From Ptychomitrium polyphyllum (lineage: Eukaryota), in NCBI GenBank assembly GCA_973851085.1, contig OZ316776.1, positions 6,448,001 to 6,512,000 on the forward strand: a stretch of DNA of 64,000 nt. The letters are read 5' to 3'. The notes beneath the pieces are model-generated. The model did not search any database. It saw nothing but the letters and a program-made list of their open reading frames with translations, and had not been told where the DNA came from. This document shows, in pieces, positions 50,401 through 64,000 of the stretch. Position 1 is the stretch's first letter; each line of letters starts with the position of its first letter. Position numbers and translations under genes: made by a program.

Positions 50401-52579
50401 TGCTGCGCTGGTGAGTGGGCAAGGTCGTGAATTACCGAACGTTCCTAACTCAAAGAAAATACGGCAGAGAAACCGTAAAATTGGTAACGACTACAAAACG
50501 TGTAGCCCACCGGCATCCCTCTACCCGGATAGCTAGCCACGTATTCTCTCCTAATTGGTGATCCTGGTTCCTTCACATGACAGGCGGAGCATGGAAAAAC
50601 TCACCCGCGTCACCTCCAGCCTCTAGGCAATTTATTTGTGAGATCATTTTAGTGCGTTAATCAAAACTATCATCTTCGGCAGTTACACTTCCAGAAAGCG
50701 TATTATGTGTGTAACTTAGTAGTACCAAGAACTGAGATGTCTGACTATACGGCATTTAATTATTTAAGTTCAGTGGCAGGCCTGAGTAATTAACCTCTCA
50801 TGTCAAACTTCTTATTCTACTTACTACCAGCGTCGTTCAAATTAATCTCCTCACGAGCCTAGTGTCAGGTGATGGGTTGATGTAGTACCTCGTTGTCCAG
50901 GCTCTGCAAATTTCTATGGTTGTATAAAGTACACAGTGGTTTCAAGTTTGGGAGGGTCCTCAGAAGATAAGTTAACCCAAAAAAAAGCTACCAGTTGATT
51001 GCTTGTCATTTGGTTAACTCAATTGAATAGTATGAGCTCGGCATGAAGCTGGCAACAAAATTCTTATAATTTCCGTCACAAAAAGTTGGACCAGGATCTC
51101 GAGTGAATTCAATAAACTACAGACCAAACCATTTTTCCATGCTTCAAAGACGCAAGTACAATCTTCTTTCCATAGAACACATGGAAGTTCAGAATGCGTT
51201 TGAAGGGTGAAACTGGAAACAGTGCTCGACGTTCGAAATTTGCAAGTGGGTAGTAAAAATGAATTCTGTATAATATGCTGGTTCACATTTTGGATCTCAG
51301 ATGACTTTATCTGTGTTCATGACTGGGATCTAGTTTTGTTACAGAGATCAAAATCTTAAAGGATCCACAGCAATGCATCGGAGGTATCTCCGTTTGTGTC
51401 AACAAAAAAGAATTGAAGTTTTGAGAATTTAATATAATACTGAAGGAGCCTCTCTCTGAAACGCAAACTTCGTGACCAAGCTTTCAATCATTTCCTAAAT
51501 ATCAAGGTGCTTGAAATCTAATTCCCAACAGTTCCATTTAGTTGATGAGTTCACCAGCAAAAGTAGCTAGAGCCTCGCTCTACCTCGATCGCCAACCATT
51601 CAAAGCCCATCCGGTTGTGCTGGGACGTCTACTAGCGTCCATGGCATTGCACCACCGATTGGAACCGCTCCTACTGTAACTGCAGTTTATCTAGGCATTG
51701 CCACTGTAGCAGTATGCCCTTCACAAGGTAGCATAGAATAAGTTGAGTTATTTTATAGGTGCCTTTTATTTGCAGTGAAAGCTCAATTGCAGCTTACAAC
51801 AAGTTATGAGCACAGTTTGGAATCAGATATTATGGTAAGCCATTAGCTTGCTGGGTCATGATATCTGAAGTTATCAGTAGATTAAAAAGCAATTTTGTCT
51901 CTGGATTCACATAATATGTTGCAACTTACACCACAAGTGTGAGCACTCCTCCTTCCTAGATAACACTAAAAACCTCAACAAGCCCAATCTATAGTTGATT
52001 CTGTGCCTAGTAAACCATTCCCTTGCAAGAAAATACCAATAAGAGTGTTCTAATGATGGATTGTTTGTCTGTCAGAAGTGTATGCTTCCACGTTGTACTG
52101 GTTCCCACTATTCCGCCTAACACCCATCCAAAACTCATAAAAAGATTGTGGAGGAATTGTATTAAGACGTCTATGTGTGGAGGACCAACATATGCAAATA
52201 AAGTAAAAGATAATGCTTAAAATTTAAAGAAAAGGATTAATAGGAGTAATTTGTTAATTTTAAAAAGCTAAAACCTAGGATGTCATGAATTGCAATGAGG
52301 TATAATTTCAAAGACTTATAACGGACACAATGGAAAGCTGCTTACATTTGTTGGCATATCACCTTCTTGACCCATTCCCTTTCAAAATTTATAAATATCC
52401 AACATTATCATGATAGTATGACAGGCTTACCACTTCTTTGAGTCAAGCCCTTCATTCTTTATCAAGATCCAACCTTATCATGATAGTTTAACAAGCTAAA
52501 AGCCTACTCCATATGCATAAAAGAAATTTGGAGCACTTAAGTTAGGTGGAATATAGAAATTGACTTTGAGAAATAATAA

Positions 52580-54125
52580 TAGAGACTTGGAACTGATTCT
52601 CATAGATAAAAATAGAAACCCAAAATTAACCTCACAAAGAATGATGGCAACTTACAAACTGATTCTCACAAACAATAATGATGGAGATCCAAAATTGATC
52701 TTCACAAACAATAACGAAGACCTAAAAATTGATTCTTACAAACAAAGATGGACACTTGAAACTTACCCTTACAAACAATGATGTAGATTTAAAACCGATT
52801 CTCATAGACAATAATGGAAACTTGAAACTGATTCTTACAAATAAAGATGAAAACTTGGAACTTATCCTTACAAACAATGATATAGACTTGAAACTAATCT
52901 TCATAGACAGTAATGGAAGATTTGATATTGACTCTTACAAACAAAGATGGAAACTTAGAATTGATCTTTACAAACAAAGATGGACACTTGGAACTTATCT
53001 TTACAAACAATAATGGAATCTTGAAATTGATTCTCATACAATAATGGAGATTTGAAACTGATTATGACAATTAAAGATGGAAAATTGGAACTGATCCTCA
53101 CAAACAAAGATGAACACTTGGAACTTATCCTTACAAATAATGATGTAGACTTGAAACTGATCCTCATAGACAGTAATGGAGACTTGAAAATGATTCTTAC
53201 AAACAAAGATGGAGACTTGGAATTGATCCTCATAGACAATAATAGAGAACTAAAATTGATTCTTACCAACAAAGATGGAGACTTGGAACTAATTTTCATA
53301 GACAATAATGGATAATGGAGAATTGAAACTGATTCTTACCAACAAAGATGGAGACTTGAAACTGATTCTTACCAACAAAGATGGAGACTTGGAACTGATC
53401 CTCACAAACAATAATGGAGAATTGAAACTGATTCTTACCAACAAAGATGGAGACTTGGAACTGATCCTCATAAACAATAATGGAGAACTGAAACTAGTTC
53501 TTATCAACAATGATGGAGACTTGGAATTGATCCTCACAGACAATAATGGAGAACTGAAACTGATTCTTACCAACAAAGATGGAGACTTGGAACTGATCCT
53601 CACAGACAATAATAGAGCATTGAAACTGATTCTTACCAACAAAGATGGAGACTTGGAATTGATCCTCACGGACAATAATGGAAAACTGAAACTGATTCTT
53701 ACAAACAAAGATGGAGACTTGCAATTGAAACTGGTTCTTACCAACAAAGATGGAGACTTGGAAGTGATCCTCATAGACAATAATGGAGAACTGAAACTGA
53801 TTCTTACAAACAAAGATGGAGACTTGAAATGGAGAACCTAATATTCATTCTTACAAACAAAGATGGATACTTGGAATTGATCTTTATAAATAATAATGGA
53901 GATTTAAGACTAATTCTCATAGATAATGATGGAAACTTGGAATTGATCTTATCAAATAATAATGAAAACTTAAAGTTGACCCCATGAAACAATAATGGAA
54001 ACTTTGATCTTACCAAACAATAATGGAGACTTAGAATTGACTCTATAAGACAATAATGGAAACTTAGAACTAAAAGATAATAATAGAGAATCAAAATTGA
54101 CTTTAAAAATAGTGACAGACTTGGA
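52580..54125. repeat. 33-bp tandem array with alternating A/B units (66-bp higher-order repeat), roughly 45 units
   Basis: Unit A GACTTGGAACTGATCCTCACAGACAATAATGGA and unit B GAACTGAAACTGATTCTTACCAACAAAGATGGA. Most homogeneous at 53310-53830, degenerate toward both edges. Confidence 0.93.
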
Positions 54126-56229
54126 AGTTGTCACCATTTATAAAGGGATGTATTATTTTTTGAATAGAACTTATTTTAAACCAACAAGATGTTTATCCAT
54201 TTAATTTTAAATTGTTAGTCTATGATTATTGGAGTAATTTTTAAGAGGCCTAAATTATACATTATTAAAAGTTCTACTCTTTAGTTAAAAATCTTATATA
54301 ATTTGAGATCAATTTCTTTTTAAAAAAATTAAAATTAAATTTCTTTTAAAAAAAATTAAAATTAAAATTTTTTTTAAAAAAATTAAATTTTTTAAATTAT
54401 ATATATATATATACTTTAATTTATAATATATTGAATGATTTCCAATTAAAAATAACTAATTCAAGTATTTGAAAGAGTAAAAAAATACATGTGAAAGAAA
54501 AGATACAAATTTATACAATTAAGCTTTTTGAAATTAAGCAATATAAAATAAACACATTTAATGTGGCTCAAATAAAGAATTGTAACAAAAAAAAAATCTT
54601 AAAGAAATACATTTTCAATGCACTTAATATGAATACTACTAGGGTATAATATCTATTTTAGGTATCAACCAAATTAAATGCACACACATTATTTATTTGA
54701 CTATGTTATTATATTAAAAAAAAATTAGATATTTCATAAGATCAAAAAAAATTCAATTTTCAATTTCATCTTTTTGGTAAATTAAGGTAAATTTCTACTC
54801 TATATTTTGAAATTCAAAATCTTTTTGCAAATTTAAAATAATTGTAATAGTTTTGAATGATTTTCTATACAAATTATACTAGAAATAAAATGCATTTAAA
54901 GGTTTCAATTTTATAACAACATGTTTCTATTGCAATGGATTAAAATAAAAACAACATAAAAACCATTAACAATTATTAAAATTAAAAAAATTGCTACGAC
55001 ATGATAACATAATGGCTAGCAAAAGTTTTCATAAAATTAAATCTAAATTCCAAATTACCTATAAAGAAGCTACTATTAGTTAAACATCTATAAAAACTAA
55101 AATATAATAATGTTTTACTATAAGCAAGACAAAGAGCAAGTGATATATGTGTAAATATCAACCAACAATGTAAATGCAATTTATACATGTGATAAGATTG
55201 AAAAATTATTTATGCAAGGAAAACAATTATTGTCGATTACTAGTGTATTATTTTGCCAAACTCAAATACATTACTTTTAATATAAGTAAAGAAAATAAAG
55301 AGTTGTGCATTAATTATTGCAAATACCTATTACCTTATATAATTGATTTCTGCACAATAAAGATTCTCTACTTTTAGGCATTGGTAGGAAATCAATTTTT
55401 TCATTATTTCAACATTTATACTCTATCAAATCTTTTGTATTTTCTTCCATAAGTTGATTTTGCTTGTAGGTTTGCTCTCTACCTTAAAAGAACAATTAAA
55501 GAACAATTCATTTTATTCCATACGTGTTCAATTGGATTTACATTAAAAATAAATAGGTGCAATAAGGTCTTAATTGTTTGTGCAAGCAACTAATTTATCA
55601 AGGTGCAAGTTTTATTTAGGATAGTATTTGTGCTAAATAATAATCATTTTATTTAGACTTTGCTTATGTATTTTCTTTAAAAGCTCTATTCATAAAATAT
55701 TGCAATATCTTTTTATTCATGTATTTTTTTTAAAGATGTAAGTTATTAATATTTCTAACGTATACAATTGCACGCCATTATATATAGTCCTCCATACTTC
55801 ACTATAGGTGTTATGTGTTTATTTCATATATATTCCTCAATTTTTTTTTAATATTATTATTATTTATTGGAAGCAAAAATGTAAAAACTTGTACTTATTT
55901 GACCATTTAACTTATGACTAGCCTTTAGTTTTAGTTTATCTTACAACTTAGTTTTAAACAAATCAACAACTTTGTGCTTCTTTGACAATAATGGCTTCTT
56001 GGTTTTAATAAGTATATGCAATTCTTATCTAATAAGACCATTATTTACTATATTATAACTTATTTGCATTCCTTCAAATGTCAACTTTCTTCTTATAGAG
56101 TATTAATTGAAAACATGTTCAACTTCCAAATTACTATACAATCACCATAGACATGAAAAATCCTTGGTTGTTTTAAAAATTAAGGGCCATGGATTGAATT
56201 TCCTATTTTGTTCCAACATTAGAAGTTAT

Positions 56230-57466
56230 TTACAATCATTCGTAAATAATATTAATTGATTTATCAAATCTTTGATGTTTATATGTTGGTAGTTTAAACA
56301 ATATGCCACATTGTTGGTTTGTTTTTGAATTGCAAATGGTCTCAATTTGCAATAGTCCAACTTGTCACATTGCTTATTGGTTTTGATATTGCGTAAAAAG
56401 AACCACACCTTCTTACTAATTTGAAATGAAAGTTGTTCCTTCTTTGTTGCATGTATTGCTGCTCTGTATTATTTTTGAGCTTCATCTAAATGAATCTTCA
56501 TGGTTGCTTGAAGCTCTATCATTCTCATGGCAAATCTTTTGTTACTACTAGATTCTAAAATCATAGAAGTTGTAGTATATCCATCTTTGAGTGTGTCTAT
56601 ACTTGGAGTAGAACAGCATTTGTTATAAGGAAACGTGACTAGTGTTGTTGTAGGCAAATTGAGCCAATGTTAAGTAGGAAGCTTGTTCATCTTGTTGGTA
56701 GTTGATGGTGTACCTTGTGTATTGCTCCAAGATTTGATTAACTCACTATATTTGACCAGCAATTTGAAAGTGGAAGGTAGAAGAGAATTTATATCTACCT
56801 TAAGAATCTAATTGTGACTTCTAGAACCTTGATACAAATATTGTAACCTACCACCTGATATAATATCATTAGACACTCCATAATAGCAAGAGACATTATT
56901 CATAACTAGTGTAGCAGTCTCTTTGTTTGTAATTGTTTTCTTATAAGGTATAAAATGCCAACTAGTCTACAACTTCAAAGATGGTATGAAAAGACTTCAA
57001 AGCTAGAAGATCTATAAAGAAATACATGGAAACAAATGAGCACAATTGCTTTAGAATAAACAGTGGTCGAAGAAGTCCGTATTGGCGGTGTTGAGGGTTT
57101 TTAACTAAGAGCATGTATTATACAAAAGTTCAAATTGCTTAACAACCTTCCATCAAAATTTTATCTTGAAGAATTCCAAAGTCTTGTTGAATCCAAAACA
57201 TTGAGCAACATAAAAGTCATGATGTGTTTGAAGTATACAAAAGTGGACTGGTTCTTTAAGAATATATAAGCATTTTTAATGTATATGGCATTGTCTTCAA
57301 ATTTGAACTTAAACAAATCTTTAGGAAGATTGTTGAAAAAAAAATTATTATCAAGAATAAGAGGATTTATGGTAGATGCCACACAAACATGGTCAGAAAA
57401 TAATAAAGTTGTTGGAGCTGAAATAATAGTTGTGCAAATACAAATTCATCAAAGCTTCAACAAAAT

Positions 57467-57499
<33 letters not shown>

Positions 57500-58150
57500 G
57501 TGTATTGCTTCCTCCTTCATTAATGCAAGATATTATTATTTGAAGAAAGCATTTAACAACTCTTATTGATTTTTGAGTCAATATGTAATGGAGAAATCAA
57601 ATTGAGATGGAAACATATTCCAAGCTTGGCAATAACTTAAGACATGGATTAACATCAGAGATTCAAGGTTTTTGTGATTTGTATTTATAACCACTCGATG
57701 GATAGCCTCCTTAAAGCAAGTGGTGTCATTCTTGGAAAGAATCTACAATTGCAAGAAACTCACAATTACAAAAAAAAATTATCGTGACTTTTATAGTTGA
57801 TTTTTATAGCTAAATGGTTGTTACAAAATTATTCTTCATCCAAAGTCAAAAGCATCTGTCTCCATATAAAATGGCTTCAAAAAAATTAAATAGACTAAAA
57901 TAAAAGTAGTGATAAAAGTTTTTTAAAACTTTGGAATGCATTCTTGGCATCAGATTTTTATCCAAGCTTTTATTGCATGTTAGTCACTTGAGTGGAACAT
58001 TAATAGAATGGCTGTTTAAAAATAATCTTTGATAAAGATCCTGTAAAAGTTTACAAATATTAAAAAGCATTGAACATCACGTATTGATTTTGGCCTTGTC
58101 CAATTGTTGATTGCTTTGACTTTTTTAGAAGAATCAATAGCCCTTTATTA
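56230..58150 (-). mobile_element. Degenerate Ty3/gypsy pol fragment (RT/RNase H linker, RNase H, integrase)
   Basis: Minus-strand fragments with many stops and frameshifts: [59 protein letters not shown], and KVWFFLRNIKTNKQCDKLDYCKLRPFAIQKQTNNVAY (integrase GPY/F region). Confidence 0.82.
57467..57498. repeat. (TTG)n microsatellite within the gypsy remnant
   Basis: About 10 TTG units. Confidence 0.9.
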
Positions 58151-61100
58151 GAAATAACATTAACAAAGAATTTCACTTAAAGCTCTTGAAAAACATATTT
58201 TTCCAATTTGGTATTTTATTTAGCACTTTATAGCTTTTGTATGACTATGTAGATATGTTATTCATGCTCTTCTAAGATATTTGAATAAATCAAGATATCA
58301 TTGAATTGATAAGGAGCTTGAAGCAAACCATATCAATTTGCATGAGCTTTGCTTCAAATACTTATTGGATGTAAATTGTTATTTTTTAAAAATGATATAA
58401 ACCAAAATAATTTTTATCCTAAGAGCAATGTTCCTACCAAATCAATGCGTGAAGCATCCGTAGGATATTGTTGAAGTTGGAATAAGGCAACAAATTGAAC
58501 TTAGTTTTATAAAGCCATGAAATTTTATAAGCAAACTGTCAAAATTCTATAAAAGGTTGATTCTTGATTTTTATGGTATTAACATTGAAATACCGACTTA
58601 AATTTGTGCATCTTCTTCTAAAACAAATATATGCAATGAAATACTTAGGGTGACTTGAAATAGTAGTTGAAGTGCTTTTGGTCCTTAACTTCTATATATG
58701 GCCATACAAGGTTATTTATTTTGTTTGGATAAAGCCTTGGTCTCAATCTTCAATGTTTTTAGGCATTTATAATTGTATCTAAGTTGGCTTCTTTTAAATA
58801 TGTCATATTGACTTCTTCACCTCCAAGTATGGAAATGAAAAAAAAAAAAAACAAACACAATCAAATTAAAAAAGCTAAAGAAAATTCAAAAGACAATACT
58901 TATTTAGAAGAATGCAATCTGCAACCTCCAAAGTGTTACAATATTTTTAAGAAAAGGAATAATCTACTCTTTATCAAGAAAGACAGAACTTTGATATTAT
59001 TATGTGACTGTCTTAACAAACTCTTATAAACATAGTAACAACTAGGCAAGGCTTCAAGACTTCAGAATATGGAATAAAATATTTTCAATGTATATTAGAA
59101 GTAAAGAGCTATAATAAGATATAAAGATAGAATTTAGAAATTTAAGTTAGACCACAAGAGATACGTTATTGAGATTGAAGATACATTTAGCCTTAACTTT
59201 TATATATATTGAAACTATAAACTTTTGAAGCTTCTTGAAAAACTATTTGAAAAACTCCCAATACAATCTTTCTTACTCAAGCAACTTCAAATCATTTCAT
59301 TGAAAGCTTTCTAAGGCAAGATAACTACCTTGGTTTTTTAAACTTTCAAGAATTTTTTTTGAAGCTTCTACTATGTATGTCCATGATACCTTCTTTTGTG
59401 CACCACATGCATTTTTTTTTGTAAGATTAACATGGTTGTACTAAAACTTATGTTATTTACTATAAGTCCTAAATTTATAAACACGCTTCAAATTTAAATT
59501 TTAAATCTTCAAAATTTATTTTTATTTAATTATTTTAATCAAACAACTTCAACATTCAAAATCAACAATTTATATTGCTACTACCCTTTATTTTATTTCA
59601 ATAAATATTCACAAAATTAAATCTCAATTATTTCATTTAAACAATTGATTTCAACAATATGAAGAATTTATGTCATTTACTCCATTGAAGTATTTGTTAT
59701 TTGAAAACCACATAATGATGTGTTAATTTTTAAGATTCAAATCCAACAATATACTTACATAGTTATTTTTTTATCTTTGTGTTGTATGAAAGAAATGAAC
59801 TTCAATTTTCATCAGAATTATGTTATTTTAAAATAGTTGTTTAATTCTAATAAATCTTAATATGTAATAATGTTAAAAATGATTGAATAAATTTAATATA
59901 TCTCATGAAGATAAGAAGTCATATCACAATATATTTCATAATAGAAGAAAGGCACTATAAAATTTATAATGATTGCACATTCATCTTATATAATATATAC
60001 AAGATCCAAAGTATTATACCTAATTAATTTTTTTAACATACTCATTGTAGAAATGAATACAACCATAAATGTAATTTTGATTAAATCAATTGATTCATAT
60101 AAAAATCTTGTTAATTATGGAAAATCTTTAATAAATCTACATTTTCAAATGTCTTTTGCTATTTTTTATTAAATAAAGGTATTTGATGCATAATATTAGT
60201 ATTTTTTTGTTTTATTAATTTGATTGATAAGAGGTTCTAATGCGTGTTTTCTTAAGTAGTAAAAACAATATAAATTTATCTATTTTACTTTGATCAAAAT
60301 AAAAATCAAATTGTTCCATTTCTTTTAGAATATTGTGACTATTTAAAAAAAATCATATTTTTGCTTTATCAAATTTTACACATACATACACACAGATATA
60401 TATGTATGTATGTGTATGAATTGATTCAAGTATTATTAATTGAAATATTTGAATAAAGACAAAAATCTTAGTTCCAATTATTAAGTATAATTTAAGAGTA
60501 GATGACAAAAATCAATATGATAGAATCATAATCTACTTGATTGGTGCAAATAAAATAATATAATTTTTTTTTATACACTACTTTTGAAAAATCAATAAAT
60601 GTATTTCATTATTCAATGAAAATATTATTATAAACTAATATTATAATTTTGAGCCTTTATTCTAGTTTGAAAGTCTTTCTTAAAGTTTATCTAAGGATTG
60701 TTTTGAAATCTTGCACTAATTCTAGGTCTCATACAAAAAAGATAACTATCACTTTAGTGTATTATTATCTATGTAGCATAAAATGGACTAAACTTTTTTC
60801 AACATAACAAGAATAACTATTAAGAGTGTTTCATAGTTTTTCCATTAATATTCCACAACTTAATTTGATAAATATTTAGCAAGTAAAAAGTGAAAATGCA
60901 TGAAACATTAATGATGTATTAATTCCCTGTGTAGTTTAACTTTGAAGAAGGATGTTATGTTCTTTTTTATGGCTATAAATGAAACCTATGCAACTTTGGG
61001 GTCTGTGGTCGAGTGTGTGGAGTAGGGGGCAAATAATTGCCAATCGCCTACAACATGACCATGGACATACAAATGCGAGTATTAATGAAGAATAATATGG

Positions 61101-63122
61101 TATTGCTCCCAAGAGCATACAAGTTTTTGTACAAGTTGCTGACTGCAGCATCATAGGCTGGGGAATACAACAGCTGTGTATTTATACATTTTAAAATCTT
61201 GGTTACAGGCCCAAGCTCTAAAAGTTTATTCTACTCATTCCCTTACCTAGAAATGAAAAATGTGAGATCCAAGGCTCTAGGAGGTTGTTACCAGACACAT
61301 GCCAGCAGCAGTGTCCAAACTTGAAGATTGTGCACAATGACTGAGGCTCAACTCCTCCTTTACCAAATTCAAGTATCATGACTATGAAGAATATTGTACT
61401 GAGATGAAGAAGAGCTCTTCATGTATCATATGATTCTTCAACAGGATTAGTCATTCTCAAGTGGACAATGTCACCATGATTGTCATGGCTACACTGCGGG
61501 TACCCTCTGTGTAGAATATTATGCAGACGTGCAATTGTGGATATTGGTTGCCTCACAATTTTCAGATACCACTATTCCTAGTGATGGGTGGCAACTTACT
61601 GATCAGTTTCAGTGTTTTAACCCAGTCAAGGATCTCATCTTTCTACAATGGTTCCTACAACTTCAACCAACAAGGTATCTAGGTGCTTGACATAAGTCAC
61701 TGCATAAAAACACTGTAGTGGATGACAAACCCAACATTGGGCTCTAGAAGCTAATCTCTCCATTCTATCCTTGCACTGCTTTAAATACCTTGGCTGAAAA
61801 TCCTTGTGTTAGGTCATCTTACGACCTTGCACACTGCCCATTGAGGGCTCACCATCTTCCCAATTGACTTTGTAGAAGCCATCCACCAATTTGAAACTTT
61901 GAATCAGCGAAGAGTGAGCTCATTTGATCCCCTTCCTCCCCCAACTGCACCCATGTGCCCAGGCACCCCCATCTGTGAGCAAACTTCAAAGCTATCTGTA
62001 CAATCTTAGTAACTGTTCAGAGCCTCAATAATTTAGGCCAGGTGCTCCTTTACCACTCCTAAGTAGAACACATGTCAACAACAGCTCATTTCAAACCTAC
62101 TCCCCAAGTTTGCCATTACCTCATTGCATCAAATTAACCAATAGAAGACAATTTCCTCTTGCACCAAAACTTACATTACCATATATAACTAAGATTTTTT
62201 TTGTGCTAGAGCTTCATAACAATCCTGCACACCCATGGTACAAGCATCTCAAAAAGCAAAAAACAACCAAAGAAAAGAAAAGAAAAAAACACAACAAATC
62301 TCTCACATTCTTCATCAACTCCAAGCAACAAGAGAAAAACCTTAAAAAACATAACCACCACTTTTCTCATCTGCAAATCATCACAAGCCCATTGCTGACA
62401 ACTTGCTCTGCAAACTGAATCATCATAATCACCAACATAATCAGCAAATCATCCTCCAAACTAGTGCATCATTTTATCCATATCCACCACCTTGAAAGAT
62501 ACCACCTCCAAAACATTCTACAATGAGTCTCTATCCATGGGGCTTATCAATGAATTCAAAAAAAATAGGAATCAATTTTTTCTTAAAACAGTGATCCGAT
62601 TTACCTTTTTAAGAAAAAAGGAATCATTCATTAAGCAGGCATGATCATACCAGACACCATCAATCGTAGTCCCAAGTTTTCATTATTATTAGTGACCAGA
62701 GCGTCAAACCTTCAAACTCATCCGAACTAACTCGCTCACTCACCGGGAACAGCAGCGACACTTACGAGGCAGGTATGAAATTGGAAAAATTAGGTTTGGA
62801 ATGATCATTTCAATGACTTGATCTCTCGCTTGTCTGGCAGACCGTCGGTTGGGGGTGAGTTCTCGGAAAGCTTGAAAGTTGAACGAGAAAAAACTTTACA
62901 AAAAAGATAGAAAACCAACAGTTAAGTTAACTTAGATAGAGAGACGAGTTGAACGTAGTAGTCGAGGCTCAGCGATTGGGACTCCCAACTCACCACTCAC
63001 GACTCCCGGCGTTTACAAAGCACAGTTCATTCCAACTGTGGCAGTGGACTGTGTCATTTGAACTCATCCTGCCCACTCTGTGTGCATGGCAAAGGGGGCT
63101 CAGGCCTGACGAAGAGTGAACA

Positions 63123-63626
63123 AGAGAGAGACACCAGCGAGAAAGAGAGAGAGAGAGGGAGAGAGAGAGAGTCATCGTGCTTCCTGCAAGTGCCTGCAAG
63201 AGTGTGTGCAAGAGTGTGTGCAAGAGTGTGTGCAAGAGTGTGTGCAAGAGTGTGTGCAAGTGTCCGGACGTGGCTGCGAGATTGCAGGTGTTTTTGTGTG
63301 GATGAGTTGAGTGGTGAGATTGAAGTTTCAAGGGAGTGCAAGTAAGGCATTGCAGGGTTTGTCGTGAGGATATCAGTGGAGGGATACAAGGCATTTCAGA
63401 AGGAAGGGGGTGTGTGATGCGCGGAAGGGAAAAAGGTCGAACACTGTTGGAGCTGTTGATGTAGTGAAGAGGGTTTGGGAGGTCGAGAGTTCGAAGTGTG
63501 TTTGAAGGAGGTCGACGGCGTTTCCATTGTTGGTGCGTGGAAGGTTGCATGCGCAGGTTGTGAATGAATGGTTCCTTGGTGGTGGTGGCCAGGTTTGGGG
63601 GACGGGGTTTTGGTTTCTGGGATTAC

Positions 63627-63657
<31 letters not shown>
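63123..63657. repeat. Simple-repeat cluster: GA-rich tract, 12-bp GTGTGTGCAAGA x5, (GT)n
   Basis: GA tract about 63123-63171, 12-mer tandem about 63196-63260, GT run about 63629-63657. Confidence 0.88.
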
Positions 63658-63661
<4 letters not shown>

Positions 63662-64000
63662 TTGTGGAGGGATATGGAAACAAGCATCATTAGTTGGCAG
63701 CCTGGGGTATTGATGGCGGCAACGCAAGCAGGAGTTGCTTGAGTTTCTCCTCCTTTTTCCTGGCCTTATAATTTTCTGGGTGGGTGGTTTTCCAGGTGAG
63801 TGATTGCACGTAGTTGTGGAAGGCGTTTTTCTAGCCGGGTGGGTCAAGCAGCCGGGCGCCATCTCTGCGGGTATGTGACATGTCTCTGTTTCAGATTAGA
63901 ACTAGTCTCTGTGTGTCGTTTCGGAGCTCATTTCCAGCGAATGCAAGGCGCTTGATGTTTAGTGCATGCCGGTGATGGTGGTTTCTGCACAAGGATTTTT

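Noticed and set aside
52580..54125. CRISPR-like array
   Set aside because: The units are contiguous with no unique spacers, there are no cas genes, and the context is eukaryotic.
60900..62100. Possible degraded gene or LINE fragment
   Set aside because: No motif could be recognised in any frame.
63107..63135. miR156/miR535-like sequence TGACGAAGAGTGAAC
   Set aside because: Too many differences from the mature miRNAs and no complementary star arm nearby.

Overview
Eukaryotic nuclear DNA from a land plant. The intron style, gene set and Ty3/gypsy remnants suggest a moss such as Physcomitrium; this is inference. The first ~44 kb is gene-dense and holds, in order: the 3' part of a peroxisomal acyl-CoA thioesterase II gene (one in-frame TAG at a conserved Trp), an ASR/ABA-WDS gene, an intronless 984-aa AAA ATPase, a PTEN-type phosphatase gene hosting a variant U2 snRNA in a GC-AG intron, RPL26, an LYR-motif protein, a TMEM8/DUF3522 membrane protein, an eRF1 pseudogene, NDUFB7 head-to-head with AAGAB/p34, and an intronless XTH. 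The last ~20 kb is gene-poor: a solo-LTR-like element, a perfect 44-bp inverted repeat, a ~1.5-kb 33/66-bp higher-order tandem array, a decayed gypsy pol fragment and microsatellites. Most striking is the compact PTEN gene. It is colinear with human PTEN numbering (D92, C124, R130), shares several human intron positions, carries in-frame TGAs in the C2 half, and nests a U2 variant that appears to lack the 3' arm of stem-loop IV. All exon models were built by hand and no database search was run.
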